Positions 36,154 through 47,979 are shown, counted from the first letter of the stretch. The stretch: 64,000 nt of DNA from Methylotenera sp. (GCA_028688575.1 JAQTXW010000002.1:6965-70964), one strand, 5' to 3'. Notes: generated by a model not told the origin, from the sequence alone. A program made the numbers and translations.

Positions 36154-37464
36154 CTACTGGTTAAGAGGGGCTTGCTCTTGTAGCTCAATTGCAGACGCCA
36201 GCAATGCCAGCCGCGCTACTACACCATAGGCGTAAAAACGGTTGGGCGTAGCATCTGGCGCGCCATCGCAATCTGGCAAGGTGCAGGGTTTCTCGAAGGC
36301 CAAAGGCACAAAATGCGAGCCAGGGGCGTTCAAGTTTTCATCGACTCCGCGTCCAGTATGCACGCGGTAAAAACCACCGATGACATAGTGATCCATCATA
36401 TATACCACGGGTTCTGCCACTGATTCGTTAATGCTCTCAAAGGTGTAAACCCCCTCTTGAATAATCACCTCAGAGACTTGCATGCCTTCTTTAATCACAG
36501 ACATTTTATTGCGGGCCTTGCGATTTAGACCGCGCACATCATCGGGAGATTTTACCGTCATGATCCCCATGCCATAAGTGCCCGCATTGGCTTTAACGAT
36601 GACAAATGGATCTTGCGTCACGCCGTATTCTGCATATTTGGTTTTTATCTTATCCAGCAATTGCTCCACTTTGAGTGCCAGGCACGCTTCACCACTGCGT
36701 GTGGCGAAATCAATTTCATCGCATGTTTCAAAGTAGGGGTTTAATAGCCATTCATCGATGCCCAGCAATGCGGAAAACTCCGCCGCCACACGATTGTAAG
36801 CTGAAAAATGGTGAGATTTACGGCGCGTGCTCCATCCTGCATAAAGTGGGGGAATTAGGTCTTGTTCGAGACTTTTGAGAATGTCAGGAATGCCACCAGA
36901 TAAATCATTGTTGAGTAGAATAGCGCAGCTATCAAAAGTGCTCAGTGTTTTTCCACCGAAAGTGGATTGTGGTAGTGTTATTCTATTGCCGATGCGCACA
37001 ACAGGCTCAAGTAGCAGGCTTTGGCCATCGTGCGTTGTCAGTAAGGTCGGTTCGGTAATCTCTGGTGAAATAGAACCAATACGGACGTCCAGCCCAGCCT
37101 GCTTCAGGATGTTGGCTAACTCAAGCACGTTGCGCAGATAATAGGTATTGCGGGTGTGGTTTTCAGGAATAATCAATAAACGGCTGGCTTCAGGGCAGAC
37201 TTTTTCAACCGCCACCATCGCTGCCTGTACACATAAATGGTGAAATTCAGGGTTAAGGTTATTAAAGCCGCCGGGAAACAAGTTGGTGTCAACGGGCGCG
37301 AGCTTAAAGCCTGCATTGCGCAAGTCAACGGAAGCGTAAAACGGGGCGGCATAATCCAGCCACTGCGTGCGGAACCAATGCTCTATTTTGGGCATGGCAT
37401 CGAGCATGCTTTTTTCTAAAGCCAGTAGCGGGCCATTCAGTGCGGTGGTTAAGTGTGGAACCAT
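36154..37464 (-). CDS. gshA: Glutamate--cysteine ligase (beta-proteobacterial/T. ferrooxidans-type family)
   Basis: 436 aa. N-terminal FYASVDLRNAGFKLAPVDTNLFPGGFNNL is characteristic of the TIGR02049-type GshA found adjacent to gshB. Confidence 0.8.
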   Translation of the reverse strand: MVPHLTTALNGPLLALEKSMLDAMPKIEHWFRTQWLDYAAPFYASVDLRNAGFKLAPVDTNLFPGGFNNLNPEFHHLCVQAAMVAVEKVCPEASRLLIIPENHTRNTYYLRNVLELANILKQAGLDVRIGSISPEITEPTLLTTHDGQSLLLEPVVRIGNRITLPQSTFGGKTLSTFDSCAILLNNDLSGGIPDILKSLEQDLIPPLYAGWSTRRKSHHFSAYNRVAAEFSALLGIDEWLLNPYFETCDEIDFATRSGEACLALKVEQLLDKIKTKYAEYGVTQDPFVIVKANAGTYGMGIMTVKSPDDVRGLNRKARNKMSVIKEGMQVSEVIIQEGVYTFESINESVAEPVVYMMDHYVIGGFYRVHTGRGVDENLNAPGSHFVPLAFEKPCTLPDCDGAPDATPNRFYAYGVVARLALLASAIELQEQAPLNQ

Positions 37465-37696
37465 GTTAAAGTGCCTTTAAATAATTGAGTACATTTGCTT
37501 AAACCCAGATTGTCCATGAGGCTCATTTTCAATCTGGCGCGAACGATAGTCGTTGATTACTGGTCATTTTGTTACTTACCCCCTGTGTGTAGCCATGGAT
37601 GCCACATCACTCACAAAACTGCATCAATAATCACTACACCATCATTCTGCACCCCAATGGAAAATATGGGTTAATTCTATGACTGGCGTTACCCAG

Positions 37697-38665
37697 CTAC
37701 ACAATGACTGGCTGTGCTTGGGCGTCAGCGTGGTAGCTACTCCTTACCATGGGGCCACTAGCCGTGTTATTAAAGCCCATGGCATCCGCTTTTTGTTTGA
37801 GGGCATCAAAAACCTGCGGCTCAACATAGCGCATGACGGGCAGGTGGTGTACGCTGGGCTGCAAATACTGGCCTAGCGTCAACATGCTCACCTGATGCGC
37901 GCGCAAGTCTTGCATGACCGCTAGAATTTCTTCATCCGTTTCGCCCAAGCCTAACATTAAACCAGATTTAGTGGGAATGTGCGGGTACATTTCATGAAAT
38001 GCTTTAAGCAGATTCAGGGAGTTCTGGTAATCAGAGCCTGGGCGCGCCTGTTTGTAAAGGCGGGGTATTGTTTCCAGATTATGGTTCATGACATCGGGCG
38101 GTGCTTTGCGTAAAATTTCCAGTGCAATGTCCAAGCGACCACGAAAGTCTGGCACCAGGATTTCAATCTTGATATTGGGCGATTTCTCACGCACGGCCGC
38201 AATGCAGTCCACAAAATGCTGTGCACCACCGTCGGCCAAGTCATCGCGATCAACGGAGGTAATCACCACATAGTTAAGCCGCATTTTCGCAATGGTACTT
38301 GCCAGGTTTTCTGGTTCGTTCACATCAGGTGGCAGCGGCTTGCCGTGTGCAACATCACAAAATGGGCAGCGGCGCGTGCAGATGTCACCCAGAATCATGA
38401 AGGTGGCAGTGCCACCACTAAAGCACTCTCCAATGTTAGGACAACTGGCCTCTTCGCACACTGTGTGAAGTTTGTTGTCACGTAATATGCGCTTGATTTC
38501 TTGATAGCGTGCTGAATCTGGCACTTTCATTCTTATCCACTCTGGCTTGCGTTGCACTGGCTGAGGAATAATTTTAATCGGTATGCGCGAGGTTTTTGCC
38601 GCATCAATCTCTTTGACGCCAGCGACCTTGGTGGTGCGCGTTCTGCTTGGGGAGGCATTAGTCAT
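37697..38665 (-). CDS. lipA: Lipoyl synthase
   Basis: [12 protein letters not shown] and radical-SAM CTRRCPFC motifs. Confidence 0.96.
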   Translation of the reverse strand: MTNASPSRTRTTKVAGVKEIDAAKTSRIPIKIIPQPVQRKPEWIRMKVPDSARYQEIKRILRDNKLHTVCEEASCPNIGECFSGGTATFMILGDICTRRCPFCDVAHGKPLPPDVNEPENLASTIAKMRLNYVVITSVDRDDLADGGAQHFVDCIAAVREKSPNIKIEILVPDFRGRLDIALEILRKAPPDVMNHNLETIPRLYKQARPGSDYQNSLNLLKAFHEMYPHIPTKSGLMLGLGETDEEILAVMQDLRAHQVSMLTLGQYLQPSVHHLPVMRYVEPQVFDALKQKADAMGFNNTASGPMVRSSYHADAQAQPVIV

Positions 38666-39305
38666 GCGAGCTTTCTAATTTTCCTGTAAGTTTATTGAGT
38701 AATAGGTCTGCCATTACTTGCGTGCTGGCGCTAATGCCTAGATCTTTGGTTTGTGTCATGGTGAGCCCCGCGTAGCCACAAGGGTCAATCGCATTGAATG
38801 GGCTTAAATCCATGTCTACATTCAGGCTTAGTCCATGATAGCAGGTGTTATTTTTGACGCGTAAGCCAAGTGATGCAATTTTTGCTTCTGTGTCAGCTGG
38901 CGTGTTTTGGAGGCTGACATACACCCCTGGCGCATCTTTTTTTGCACTGGCGGTAACCTGAAAATCAGCGAGCAATTCAATCACGGTTGCTTCGAGGAGG
39001 CTGACTAAATTGCGAATATTGAGCTGGTAACGAGATAAATCTAACAAGGTGTAAATCACAATTTGGCCAGGGCCGTGATAGGTGATTTTTCCGCCACGGT
39101 CAGTGTGCACTAGCGGAATGTCATGTCTTGCAGGTGGCGTGGCATTTTTGCGGTTAAGTCCCAGTGAATACACGGGGAGATGCTCCGTTACCCATATCTC
39201 GTCGGGAGTGTTGCTGGTACGTGCGGCAGTAAATTGCTGCATGGCCTGGCAGATATTTTCAAAATCAGTCACACCAAGATGCTTGATCAGAATGGATTTG
39301 GCCAT
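38658..39305 (-). CDS. lipB: Lipoyl(octanoyl) transferase
   Basis: [12 protein letters not shown] and the PCG catalytic Cys region. 8-nt overlap with lipA. Confidence 0.94.
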   Translation of the reverse strand: MAKSILIKHLGVTDFENICQAMQQFTAARTSNTPDEIWVTEHLPVYSLGLNRKNATPPARHDIPLVHTDRGGKITYHGPGQIVIYTLLDLSRYQLNIRNLVSLLEATVIELLADFQVTASAKKDAPGVYVSLQNTPADTEAKIASLGLRVKNNTCYHGLSLNVDMDLSPFNAIDPCGYAGLTMTQTKDLGISASTQVMADLLLNKLTGKLESSHD

Positions 39306-39319
39306 ACAGTGATTACTTG

Positions 39320-39601
39320 TTAGATGGCAAACTTTACTAAAGGATGTGCGCTGATTACGCGGTAAATGTTGTCTAGCTGCGCTTGTGATTCAACATGGAC
39401 AGTGCATGTCAAGCTGATATATTTGCCAGCAGAGCTCGCGCGCATGGTGATGTGTTCTGCACTAAAGTCTGGAGCTATAGATTGAATCACCTCTACAATC
39501 GTAGAGGTGAAACTATCATGAGTTTCACCCATGACTTTAATTGCAAAGTGACATGGAAACTCAATTAAGGCGGGTGTTGTTTGTGGGGCGTTATTGGTCA
39601 T
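39320..39601 (-). CDS. ybeD: YbeD family protein (DUF493)
   Basis: 93 aa: FPCHFAIKVMG, plus conserved position between dacA and lipB. Confidence 0.85.
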   Translation of the reverse strand: MTNNAPQTTPALIEFPCHFAIKVMGETHDSFTSTIVEVIQSIAPDFSAEHITMRASSAGKYISLTCTVHVESQAQLDNIYRVISAHPLVKFAI

Positions 39602-39616
39602 GGTGTGTTCGCAGAC

Positions 39617-40792
39617 TTACTGCAAAAATAACTTGATTGAATCCCAAGCGCGGCCAAAGACGCCCGCAACATTAACCGCTTCTTTTGCAACCAGTGGTCG
39701 CTCACCTATGGTTTTACCGTTCAAGGTGAATTTAACGTTACCGATTACCTGGCCTTTTTTGATGGGTGCAATCAAAGGCTGAGTGCTGGTTACAATGGCT
39801 TTTACATTGGCATACGCGCCTTTAGGTAGCGTTAAATAAAGATCTGTGTTGACGGTAGAGGCAATCTCATCTTCGATTCCTTTCCATACCTTTAATTTAC
39901 TCACGTCTTGATTCTTTTGGTATATGAGGGTGGACTCAAAAAACTGAAAACCAAAATTGAGTAATTTCTGACTTTCGGTCGCGCGCGCCGCATCACTAGG
40001 TGCGCCTAGAATCACTGAAATCAGACGAGTGCTGTTGCGGTTGGCGGTAGAGATTAAGCAGTAGCCAGCGGATTGTGTATGCCCAGTTTTCATGCCGTCT
40101 ACGTTGGCATCGAGCCACAGCAGGCGATTGCGATTGGGTTGTTTGATATTATTGTAGGTGTACTCTTTGACGGAATATAGGCGTTTGTAGTCCTGAGGAA
40201 AATCTCTAATCAAGGCTGTGGCGAGTATCATCAGATCTTCGGCCGTAGTGTAGTGCTGCGGGTCTGGCAAGCCTGTTGCATTGACAAAGTTGCTGTTTTT
40301 CATGCCCAGGCGCTGCGCTTCTTTGTTCATCATATCGGCAAACAGGGCTTCTGAGCTAGCAATGCCTTCGGCTAATGTGATAGAGGCGTCATTGCCAGAG
40401 GAGATAATCATGCCATGAAGTAACTCATCAACAGTGACTGGTTTGTTAGGCTCAATGAACATGCGTGAACCTTCCGCTTTCCAAGCGGCTTCGCTCACAG
40501 GCAGTGTCTGATTAAGCTGCAGATGACCATTTTTGATGGCCTTGAAACTCAAGTAAGCAGTCATGATTTTGGTGAGTGACGCTGGCTCAACACGCATGCT
40601 GCTGTTTTCAGCGGCGATGATGTGTCCGCTGTTAAAGTCTTTTAATAAGTAGGCCTTGACGGCCAAGCTTGGTGCCTGTGGGACGAGTGCTGTTTGTGCG
40701 TAAGCCAGGTTATGAACCAGTGACGTAGCCAAAATGATAAACAAGAAAACATGAGGTAGGCGGCTGAATATTTTATGGTGAGTCGTGTGCAT
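39617..40792 (-). CDS. dacA: D-alanyl-D-alanine carboxypeptidase (PBP5/6 type)
   Basis: Signal peptide, SLTK (SxxK), SGND (SxN), KTGHT (KTG). Confidence 0.9.
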   Translation of the reverse strand: MHTTHHKIFSRLPHVFLFIILATSLVHNLAYAQTALVPQAPSLAVKAYLLKDFNSGHIIAAENSSMRVEPASLTKIMTAYLSFKAIKNGHLQLNQTLPVSEAAWKAEGSRMFIEPNKPVTVDELLHGMIISSGNDASITLAEGIASSEALFADMMNKEAQRLGMKNSNFVNATGLPDPQHYTTAEDLMILATALIRDFPQDYKRLYSVKEYTYNNIKQPNRNRLLWLDANVDGMKTGHTQSAGYCLISTANRNSTRLISVILGAPSDAARATESQKLLNFGFQFFESTLIYQKNQDVSKLKVWKGIEDEIASTVNTDLYLTLPKGAYANVKAIVTSTQPLIAPIKKGQVIGNVKFTLNGKTIGERPLVAKEAVNVAGVFGRAWDSIKLFLQ

Positions 40793-40811
40793 AAGGTGTA
40801 GGACAGAAATT

Positions 40812-41783
40812 TTACTGATTAGTGACTAAGGTGGAAATATTTAATCGCTGACGAACGCGGTTGGCGTGAACGTCAGCATCGCGTCTGTTGGCAAAAGGGC
40901 CTAATCTAACACGGTATAATTTGCCATTATACACGTTAGTCACGGAGGCGTCGTTTGCAAGATTTAACGCAATAATTTTTTTGCGCAGTATTTCGCCATT
41001 TTGCTCACTTTTGAATGCGCCCACTTGCACATAAAATGCAGAGAAATCAGTGCGTGCTACTTTTTGGCTAGTGTAGCTTACGTCTACTTGTCCAGTAACG
41101 CTTGTGTCTACAGGGGGTGTTACGGTTGCAGCGTTATTTTCTGCGGTGATGGTTTTTTTGCTTTGCGCGAATTTTTTCAAGCCTTCAGGGCTGGTGTCGA
41201 TTGCCTCTACAATGACCGTGCCGCTGCCGGGCATAATTAAATCGAGCTTATGTGCTGCTGCATAAGATAGGTCGATAAGACGCTCTTTTTTAAAAGGGCC
41301 ACGGTCATTCACGCGCACCACTACAGAGCGGTTATTGGCAGGGTTGGTGACTTTTACATAACTGGGAATTGGCAGGGTGGTATGTGCAGCGGACATCCCA
41401 TACATGTCGTAGACCTCTCCACTCGATGTCTGCTTGCCGTGGTAGCGTTTTCCATACCAGGAAGCAATGCCTTGCCTTTGGTAAGGGCTGTAGCGGGTCA
41501 TGGGGACATATTTCTGACCTAAAGCGATATAGGGCTTGTTGCTGCGCGCGTAAGGCTTTTCTGTCTTGGGTTCTGCATCTGGGATGCTGTTAATATCGAT
41601 ACGAGTGTTACTGTCTGGGCCATCATCCAGATAATAGCCACCCTTGCCAGGTTGAGCCTCGGCTTGTTTGGCAGGTACAGGTGTTGCTGAGTCTGCTGAA
41701 TCTGGTTTGATTGGCGCTTTACCACCGCAGGCGCTCAGTGCTACCAGGCAAATCATGACTAAATAGTGTCGAAAGCCCAACAT
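40812..41783 (-). CDS. rlpA: Septal ring lytic transglycosylase RlpA (DPBB plus SPOR)
   Basis: Lipobox LSAC, DPBB core (GIASWYG...TSSGE...AAH.TLP...V.V.N..N...VVVRVNDRGPF), and a C-terminal SPOR domain (YVQVGAF...). Confidence 0.9.
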   Translation of the reverse strand: MLGFRHYLVMICLVALSACGGKAPIKPDSADSATPVPAKQAEAQPGKGGYYLDDGPDSNTRIDINSIPDAEPKTEKPYARSNKPYIALGQKYVPMTRYSPYQRQGIASWYGKRYHGKQTSSGEVYDMYGMSAAHTTLPIPSYVKVTNPANNRSVVVRVNDRGPFKKERLIDLSYAAAHKLDLIMPGSGTVIVEAIDTSPEGLKKFAQSKKTITAENNAATVTPPVDTSVTGQVDVSYTSQKVARTDFSAFYVQVGAFKSEQNGEILRKKIIALNLANDASVTNVYNGKLYRVRLGPFANRRDADVHANRVRQRLNISTLVTNQ

Positions 41784-41820
41784 GAAAAACCTCCTGTTAT
41801 GTGCTCAAATTTAGTTGGCA

Positions 41821-42915
41821 CTAAGTTGCAACTAGTTTTTTGTGTGTATGAATGCTCATTAAAATACCAAAACCTAGACACAGTGTCACCATGGATGTGC
41901 CGCCGTAGCTAATCAGAGGTAATGGCACGCCCACCACTGGCAATATGCCACTGACCATTCCCATGTTAACAAAGGCATAAGAAAAAAAGTTAAGTGTAAT
42001 GCTACCCGCTAGTAATCTGCAAAAAGTATTTTGTGCTTGAGAGGCAATCACCAGACCGCGGATGATAATCATGCTGAATAAGCTCAAAAGTAACATATTG
42101 CCCAAAAAGCCAAACTCCTCACTAAATACCGCAAATATAAAATCAGTTGTACGTTCAGGTAAAAAGTCGAGTTGTGTTTGAGTGCCGTTAAGCCAGCCTT
42201 TGCCAGAGGCGCCACCTGAGCCGATGGCGATGGTGGATTGAATCGTGTGGTAGCCTGCCCCTAATGGATCTTGACTGGGGTCAAACAGCATTTCAATGCG
42301 TCTTCTTTGATAGTCATGTAACAATGACCAAAATACAGGTGCCATCGCCAGTAGAGTAACGCTTGCCCCGAGTAGAAAGCGCCAACTCAACCCTGCAAGA
42401 AACAGCACATAAAAACCAGATGAGGCAATCAGTAATGAAGTGCCCAGATCTGGCTGCTTCATAATGAGTGCAACAGGTAGTGCTAGCATGGTCCCCGCGA
42501 TTAGAAAGTGACTTGCTTTGGGTTTGCCTTCCCGGCTTGCTAAATACCAGGCCAGCATCATGGGGGCAGCAATGCGCATGAGTTCAGAAGGCTGGATCTG
42601 CATAAAGCCTAAATTCAGCCAGCGTCTTGCGCCATGGCTGATGGTGCCAAATAGCGCCACTGCAATCAGCAATGCCAAGCCTAGCAGGTAAAGTGGTCGC
42701 GCGGCACGCTCTAGATTCTGCGGTGAGATGTTCGCGACTGCCCACATCACGGCAAGCGCTACTGACATGTTGATGCCTTGGGCATAAACGCGTGAGAAGC
42801 TCTGCCCAGAGGCGCTGTAAAGCACAAACAAACTAAGCAGCAGTGCAAAAAACAGGCATGCCATCAAGAAAGAGTCTATGTGCTTGAAAAGCAGATGGAA
42901 TAATCGGTTAATCAT
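41821..42915 (-). CDS. mrdB: Peptidoglycan glycosyltransferase RodA (SEDS)
   Basis: SEDS pattern (QPSELMK-like QPSELMR, PDLGT, TDFIF). ATG at 42915 overlaps the mrdA stop. Confidence 0.93.
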   Translation of the reverse strand: MINRLFHLLFKHIDSFLMACLFFALLLSLFVLYSASGQSFSRVYAQGINMSVALAVMWAVANISPQNLERAARPLYLLGLALLIAVALFGTISHGARRWLNLGFMQIQPSELMRIAAPMMLAWYLASREGKPKASHFLIAGTMLALPVALIMKQPDLGTSLLIASSGFYVLFLAGLSWRFLLGASVTLLAMAPVFWSLLHDYQRRRIEMLFDPSQDPLGAGYHTIQSTIAIGSGGASGKGWLNGTQTQLDFLPERTTDFIFAVFSEEFGFLGNMLLLSLFSMIIIRGLVIASQAQNTFCRLLAGSITLNFFSYAFVNMGMVSGILPVVGVPLPLISYGGTSMVTLCLGFGILMSIHTHKKLVAT

Positions 42916-44827
42916 GAAATTCTTCCTCTGGCGATTCAATTACATTTGCTTGAGTGCTACTGCTCACCGCCTCTTGAGCAGGTGATTTGCCTAGCAGGTA
43001 ATAATCCATGACCTTTCTTGCAATCGGCCCTGCTGCAGAGCCGCCATGGCCGCCATTTTCAACAATGACTGATAGCGCGATGGTTGGGTCTTCAGCGGGG
43101 GCATAGGCAATGAATAAGGCATGATCGCGGTGGCGCTCATTAATGGCGTGTTCGTTGTATTTTTCATTTTGTTTGATGCCGATGACCTGTGCTGTGCCTG
43201 TTTTTGCAGCGATACTATAATCTGCATTTGCACCCACACTGGCAGCGGTTCCGCCTGGTAGTGTTACATCAATCATGCCGCGCTTGACGATATCAATGTT
43301 CTTGGGGTCTAGGGTAATTTGATCCTGCACGGATGCTGGCATACTGATTTGTTTGCCGGTGAGCGTATTTTCCATTCGATTCACCAGTCGCGGCTTCATT
43401 GCCAGACCATTGTTAGCCAAAATAGCGGTTGCTTGTGCGAGTTGTAGTGGAGTCACTAAAGTATAGCCCTGACCAATGCCCACAATAACGGTTTCGCCAG
43501 GGTACCATGGCTGTTTAAAGCGTCGTTGTTTCCACTCAGGTGTTGGTAACAGACCTTCAATTTCACCTTTGATATCAATATCAGATTTTCTGCCAAAGCC
43601 AAAATGGCGTACGAATGAGGCTAGCTTTTCTATCCCTAGCTCTACAGCCAAGCCATAAAAAAAGGTGTCGCATGAAATGGTAATGGCTTTTTGAATGTCT
43701 ACATAGCCATGCCCGCTGGGTTTCCAATCTCGATAGCGGTGACTGCTGCCAGGTAATGAAAAGAAACCAGGATCTTGAATGGCAAAGGGCGGTGCACGTT
43801 TACCTGCTTCAAGCCCCGCAAGTGCTACAAAAGGTTTGAAAGTTGAGCCTGGCGGATAAATGCCGCGCAGGGGGCGGTTAATAAGGGGTTTGTCCAGAGA
43901 TTCGTTCAGTAGCTTCCAGTTTTCACTGTCTATGCCACCAACAAAAAGATTGGGGTCAAATGTAGGTTGGCTCACATAGGCGAGCACTTCCCCTGTTTTG
44001 GGATTAATGGCCACCATCGCACCGCGTCTGTCACCAAATGCTTTTTCGGCAATTTCCTGTAATTTGCTGTCGGCAGAGAGAATAATATTATCGCCAGGAA
44101 TGGGTGCGTTGCTAGAAAGCACGCGTACCGCATGGCCATCGGCATCAATTTCGACTTGCTGAAAACCTGTGATGCCATGCAACTGCTGCTCATAGAACTG
44201 CTCAATGCCTGATTTTCCGATATGGTCTGAACCTTTGTAGTTGGAAAACACCCCTTCCTGCTTGAGGTGTTCAATGTCTTTGTCGTTGATGCGGCCTATG
44301 TAACCCACCATATGCGCGCCCAATTTGCCCAGCGGATAGTGTCTGAATAGTCTGGATTTAATTTCAACGCCAGGAAATCGATAGTGATTGACAGCGAATT
44401 TGGCAGCCTCGATTTCATTCAAATGCGTACGAATGGGCGCACTTTCAAAACTGTGACTTTGCTCGCGAAATTTCTTGAAGCGTTTGCGGTCAAGTGAGCT
44501 GATCTGAATGAGTTGGCTAAGTTCGGTAATGGTGTTTTCCAGATTGGTAACCTTGGCAGGTGTGATTTCCAGCGTATACACAAAGAAGTTATGCGCAAGT
44601 ACAACGCCATTTTTATCCAGAATGAGCCCGCGGTTAGGAACAGTGGGTACGAGCGAGATGCGGTTGTTTTCAGCCAGTGTTTGATAATGGGTGTATTGGT
44701 CAATTTGCAGATAATAAAACCGAAAGGCAAGCAATGCGAATAAGCTGAGTACAACTAGCCCCGCAACGGTTAGCCTGAGCCTGAAATAATATTGCTCATG
44801 TAAATAGTTTTTAAGTTCTGCGCCCAT
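42908..44827 (-). CDS. mrdA: Penicillin-binding protein 2
   Basis: N-terminal anchor, STFK (SxxK), SCD (SxD-type), KTGTAQ. Confidence 0.94.
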   Translation of the reverse strand: MGAELKNYLHEQYYFRLRLTVAGLVVLSLFALLAFRFYYLQIDQYTHYQTLAENNRISLVPTVPNRGLILDKNGVVLAHNFFVYTLEITPAKVTNLENTITELSQLIQISSLDRKRFKKFREQSHSFESAPIRTHLNEIEAAKFAVNHYRFPGVEIKSRLFRHYPLGKLGAHMVGYIGRINDKDIEHLKQEGVFSNYKGSDHIGKSGIEQFYEQQLHGITGFQQVEIDADGHAVRVLSSNAPIPGDNIILSADSKLQEIAEKAFGDRRGAMVAINPKTGEVLAYVSQPTFDPNLFVGGIDSENWKLLNESLDKPLINRPLRGIYPPGSTFKPFVALAGLEAGKRAPPFAIQDPGFFSLPGSSHRYRDWKPSGHGYVDIQKAITISCDTFFYGLAVELGIEKLASFVRHFGFGRKSDIDIKGEIEGLLPTPEWKQRRFKQPWYPGETVIVGIGQGYTLVTPLQLAQATAILANNGLAMKPRLVNRMENTLTGKQISMPASVQDQITLDPKNIDIVKRGMIDVTLPGGTAASVGANADYSIAAKTGTAQVIGIKQNEKYNEHAINERHRDHALFIAYAPAEDPTIALSVIVENGGHGGSAAGPIARKVMDYYLLGKSPAQEAVSSSTQANVIESPEEEFHD

Positions 44828-44834
44828 ACTCTTG

Positions 44835-45314
44835 TTAATTGCTACGAGAATATTTGCCAGTATTTAAACCGAGAATAATAGCCGCCTGCCATAAGAAGAC
44901 GCCAGTTAAGCTGGGTACAAAGTAGACCCAGCCAAGCGACTCATTTCCTGCAAAGGTCTTAAGTGTAAGCAGCACAAGCTGAGAAATAATCAGTAATGCC
45001 AGCACGTAAACTAATTGCTGCATATTGTTAAATAAAACCAATCTGCGCTGGTAGATAACAGCTACAAAACTCGTGGCTGTGTAAGCCAGTGCATATTGAC
45101 CAAAAATACCCCCCGTTGCCAAATCCACCCATAGCCCCATGAACCAGGCGGTGCCTATGTTGCATTGGTGAGGTGCGCGCAATATCCAAAAAATGAGTGT
45201 TAATAATACAAAGTCAGGGCGCAGCAAAAGGCCAACCCCGGCCCAAGGCAATAAGGTGAAAATAAAAGCTGCAAGCAGCGATAGGTAGATAGACTTTAAA
45301 TCAGTTGTGCGCAT
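44835..45314 (-). CDS. mreD: Rod shape-determining protein MreD
   Basis: 160-aa polytopic protein from ATG 45314 (MRTTDLKSIYLSLL...). The longer ORF to 45476 merely overlaps the mreC tail. Confidence 0.85.
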   Translation of the reverse strand: MRTTDLKSIYLSLLAAFIFTLLPWAGVGLLLRPDFVLLTLIFWILRAPHQCNIGTAWFMGLWVDLATGGIFGQYALAYTATSFVAVIYQRRLVLFNNMQQLVYVLALLIISQLVLLTLKTFAGNESLGWVYFVPSLTGVFLWQAAIILGLNTGKYSRSN

Positions 45315-46257
45315 TGGGTTTGCTCGCGCTCGATGGGTTGTTTTTGACTTTGTTTGCTGACTTAGGTTTTTTTGCTTTGGTGGGTTTGTCTTGAGTAGTG
45401 CTTTGCGTAAGGTTAACGATGAGTACCTGTCGGTGATTTTCAACACCGCCAGCTGGCGCACACACGATGCGGGCAAACGGGGAGTCGGGGTTAATCTTAA
45501 TGGCTTTCACAATCGCTACCGCCAGGCCTGCTGGATAAACGCCATCAATACCAGAAGTGATGAGTCGGTCGCCTTGCTTAATATCTACATTGGCAGGTAA
45601 AAATGGCAGGGTAAGGGTGTTGTCTCTACCGTTTCCAAAGGCAATCGCTCTTAAGCCATTGCGTTCTATCTGGATGGGAATGGTGAGTGATTTGTCTGTA
45701 ATGAGCGTGATTTCACTGCTTGACGGATAAACTCTCGTGATCTGTCCTATCACCCCATTGGCATCCACTACTGCGGCGCCCGTGATCACTTCATGATTGC
45801 TGCCACGATTAACAATAATTTTTTTAGTAAATGGATCGCTACCGACACGCATGATTTCTGCTAGCTTACTCACTTCGGTAAGGGTTTGGTTGGCCTCTAG
45901 CAAGCTGCGCAAGTTGGTATTTTCAAGCTCGAGAGAAGCGAGTCGTTGTAAGGCAAACTTTTGAATCAATGCCTCTTGTTTTAATTTTTGGTTATCATTG
46001 AGCAGATGGTGATGTGTAGTGAAATATTCGCTGGTAAAGTGGTATAGCTGAGACGGCGTATTGGCAATCATCTGTAGCGGGTGTAGCAACACCATAAGAT
46101 TTGCACGTGCGGCGCTCAGGTATTGTATACGTGAGTCTGTGGCCATGAGCACGAGAGATAATGCCGAAAAGAATGCCAAGCGTGCCAATGGGCTTGGCCC
46201 GCGCGCAAAAAATGCAGGGGCTAGTTGAGGCTCAAAATTTTGCGGCGAGTTGAACAT
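45301..46257 (-). CDS. mreC: Rod shape-determining protein MreC
   Basis: Coiled-coil N-terminus (ENTNLRSLLE), beta domains (VVDANGVIGQITRV, LITSGIDGVYPAGL), and a Lys-rich tail. Confidence 0.92.
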   Translation of the reverse strand: MFNSPQNFEPQLAPAFFARGPSPLARLAFFSALSLVLMATDSRIQYLSAARANLMVLLHPLQMIANTPSQLYHFTSEYFTTHHHLLNDNQKLKQEALIQKFALQRLASLELENTNLRSLLEANQTLTEVSKLAEIMRVGSDPFTKKIIVNRGSNHEVITGAAVVDANGVIGQITRVYPSSSEITLITDKSLTIPIQIERNGLRAIAFGNGRDNTLTLPFLPANVDIKQGDRLITSGIDGVYPAGLAVAIVKAIKINPDSPFARIVCAPAGGVENHRQVLIVNLTQSTTQDKPTKAKKPKSANKVKNNPSSASKPNAHN

Positions 46258-46390
46258 GGTCGACGGTTAGCTTTAGTGCATAATTCTATGAATATTTTTA
46301 TTTCGACAGATGACCTTTAGGCCGTTGATTAACCGCCAAAAGGTCATCAAGTGCAAACAGGCAGTCATTAAATAAAAAGATTGTCGGCCA

Positions 46391-47464
<1,074 letters not shown>

Positions 47465-47657
47465 TTACTTGCTGCACTTTAAAATCGCAACCATGCAATT
47501 TAGGCGCGCATAAAATCAGGGTATAATACCGCATATCTTGTTGAAAATTAAGATGTGATTGTAAACAAAGTTGCAAATTAAACAGACTAAATCTTTATCA
47601 GCAATGGTTGCTGATATTAAATTTTACTTACACCGTTTCATTTTGGATTGTTGAAGT

Positions 47658-47972
47658 ATGGCACTGAGTACTGATGATATAAAAAAAATCGCGCATTTGG
47701 CGCGCATAGAAGTAAGTGACGACGAGGCGCAGGCAACGCTTGCCAAGTTGACAGGCATTATGGGTTTAATTGAGCAAATGCAGGCAGTTGATACACAAGG
47801 CATCGCACCAATGTCACATTCTCAGGATGTCGTGCAGCGGTTGCGCGATGATGTGGTCAATAAAACCAATCAACGTGAAGCATTTCAACAAATCGCACCA
47901 GTTCTTGGCAATGGTTCAGCGGAGCGTGCTGTAGACCATGGCCTATATTTAGTGCCTAAAGTAATCGAGTAA
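47658..47972 (+). CDS. gatC: Asp-tRNA(Asn)/Glu-tRNA(Gln) amidotransferase subunit C
   Basis: [16 protein letters not shown]...LRDD. Confidence 0.92.
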   Translation: MALSTDDIKKIAHLARIEVSDDEAQATLAKLTGIMGLIEQMQAVDTQGIAPMSHSQDVVQRLRDDVVNKTNQREAFQQIAPVLGNGSAERAVDHGLYLVPKVIE

Positions 47973-47979
47973 TTGCGCC

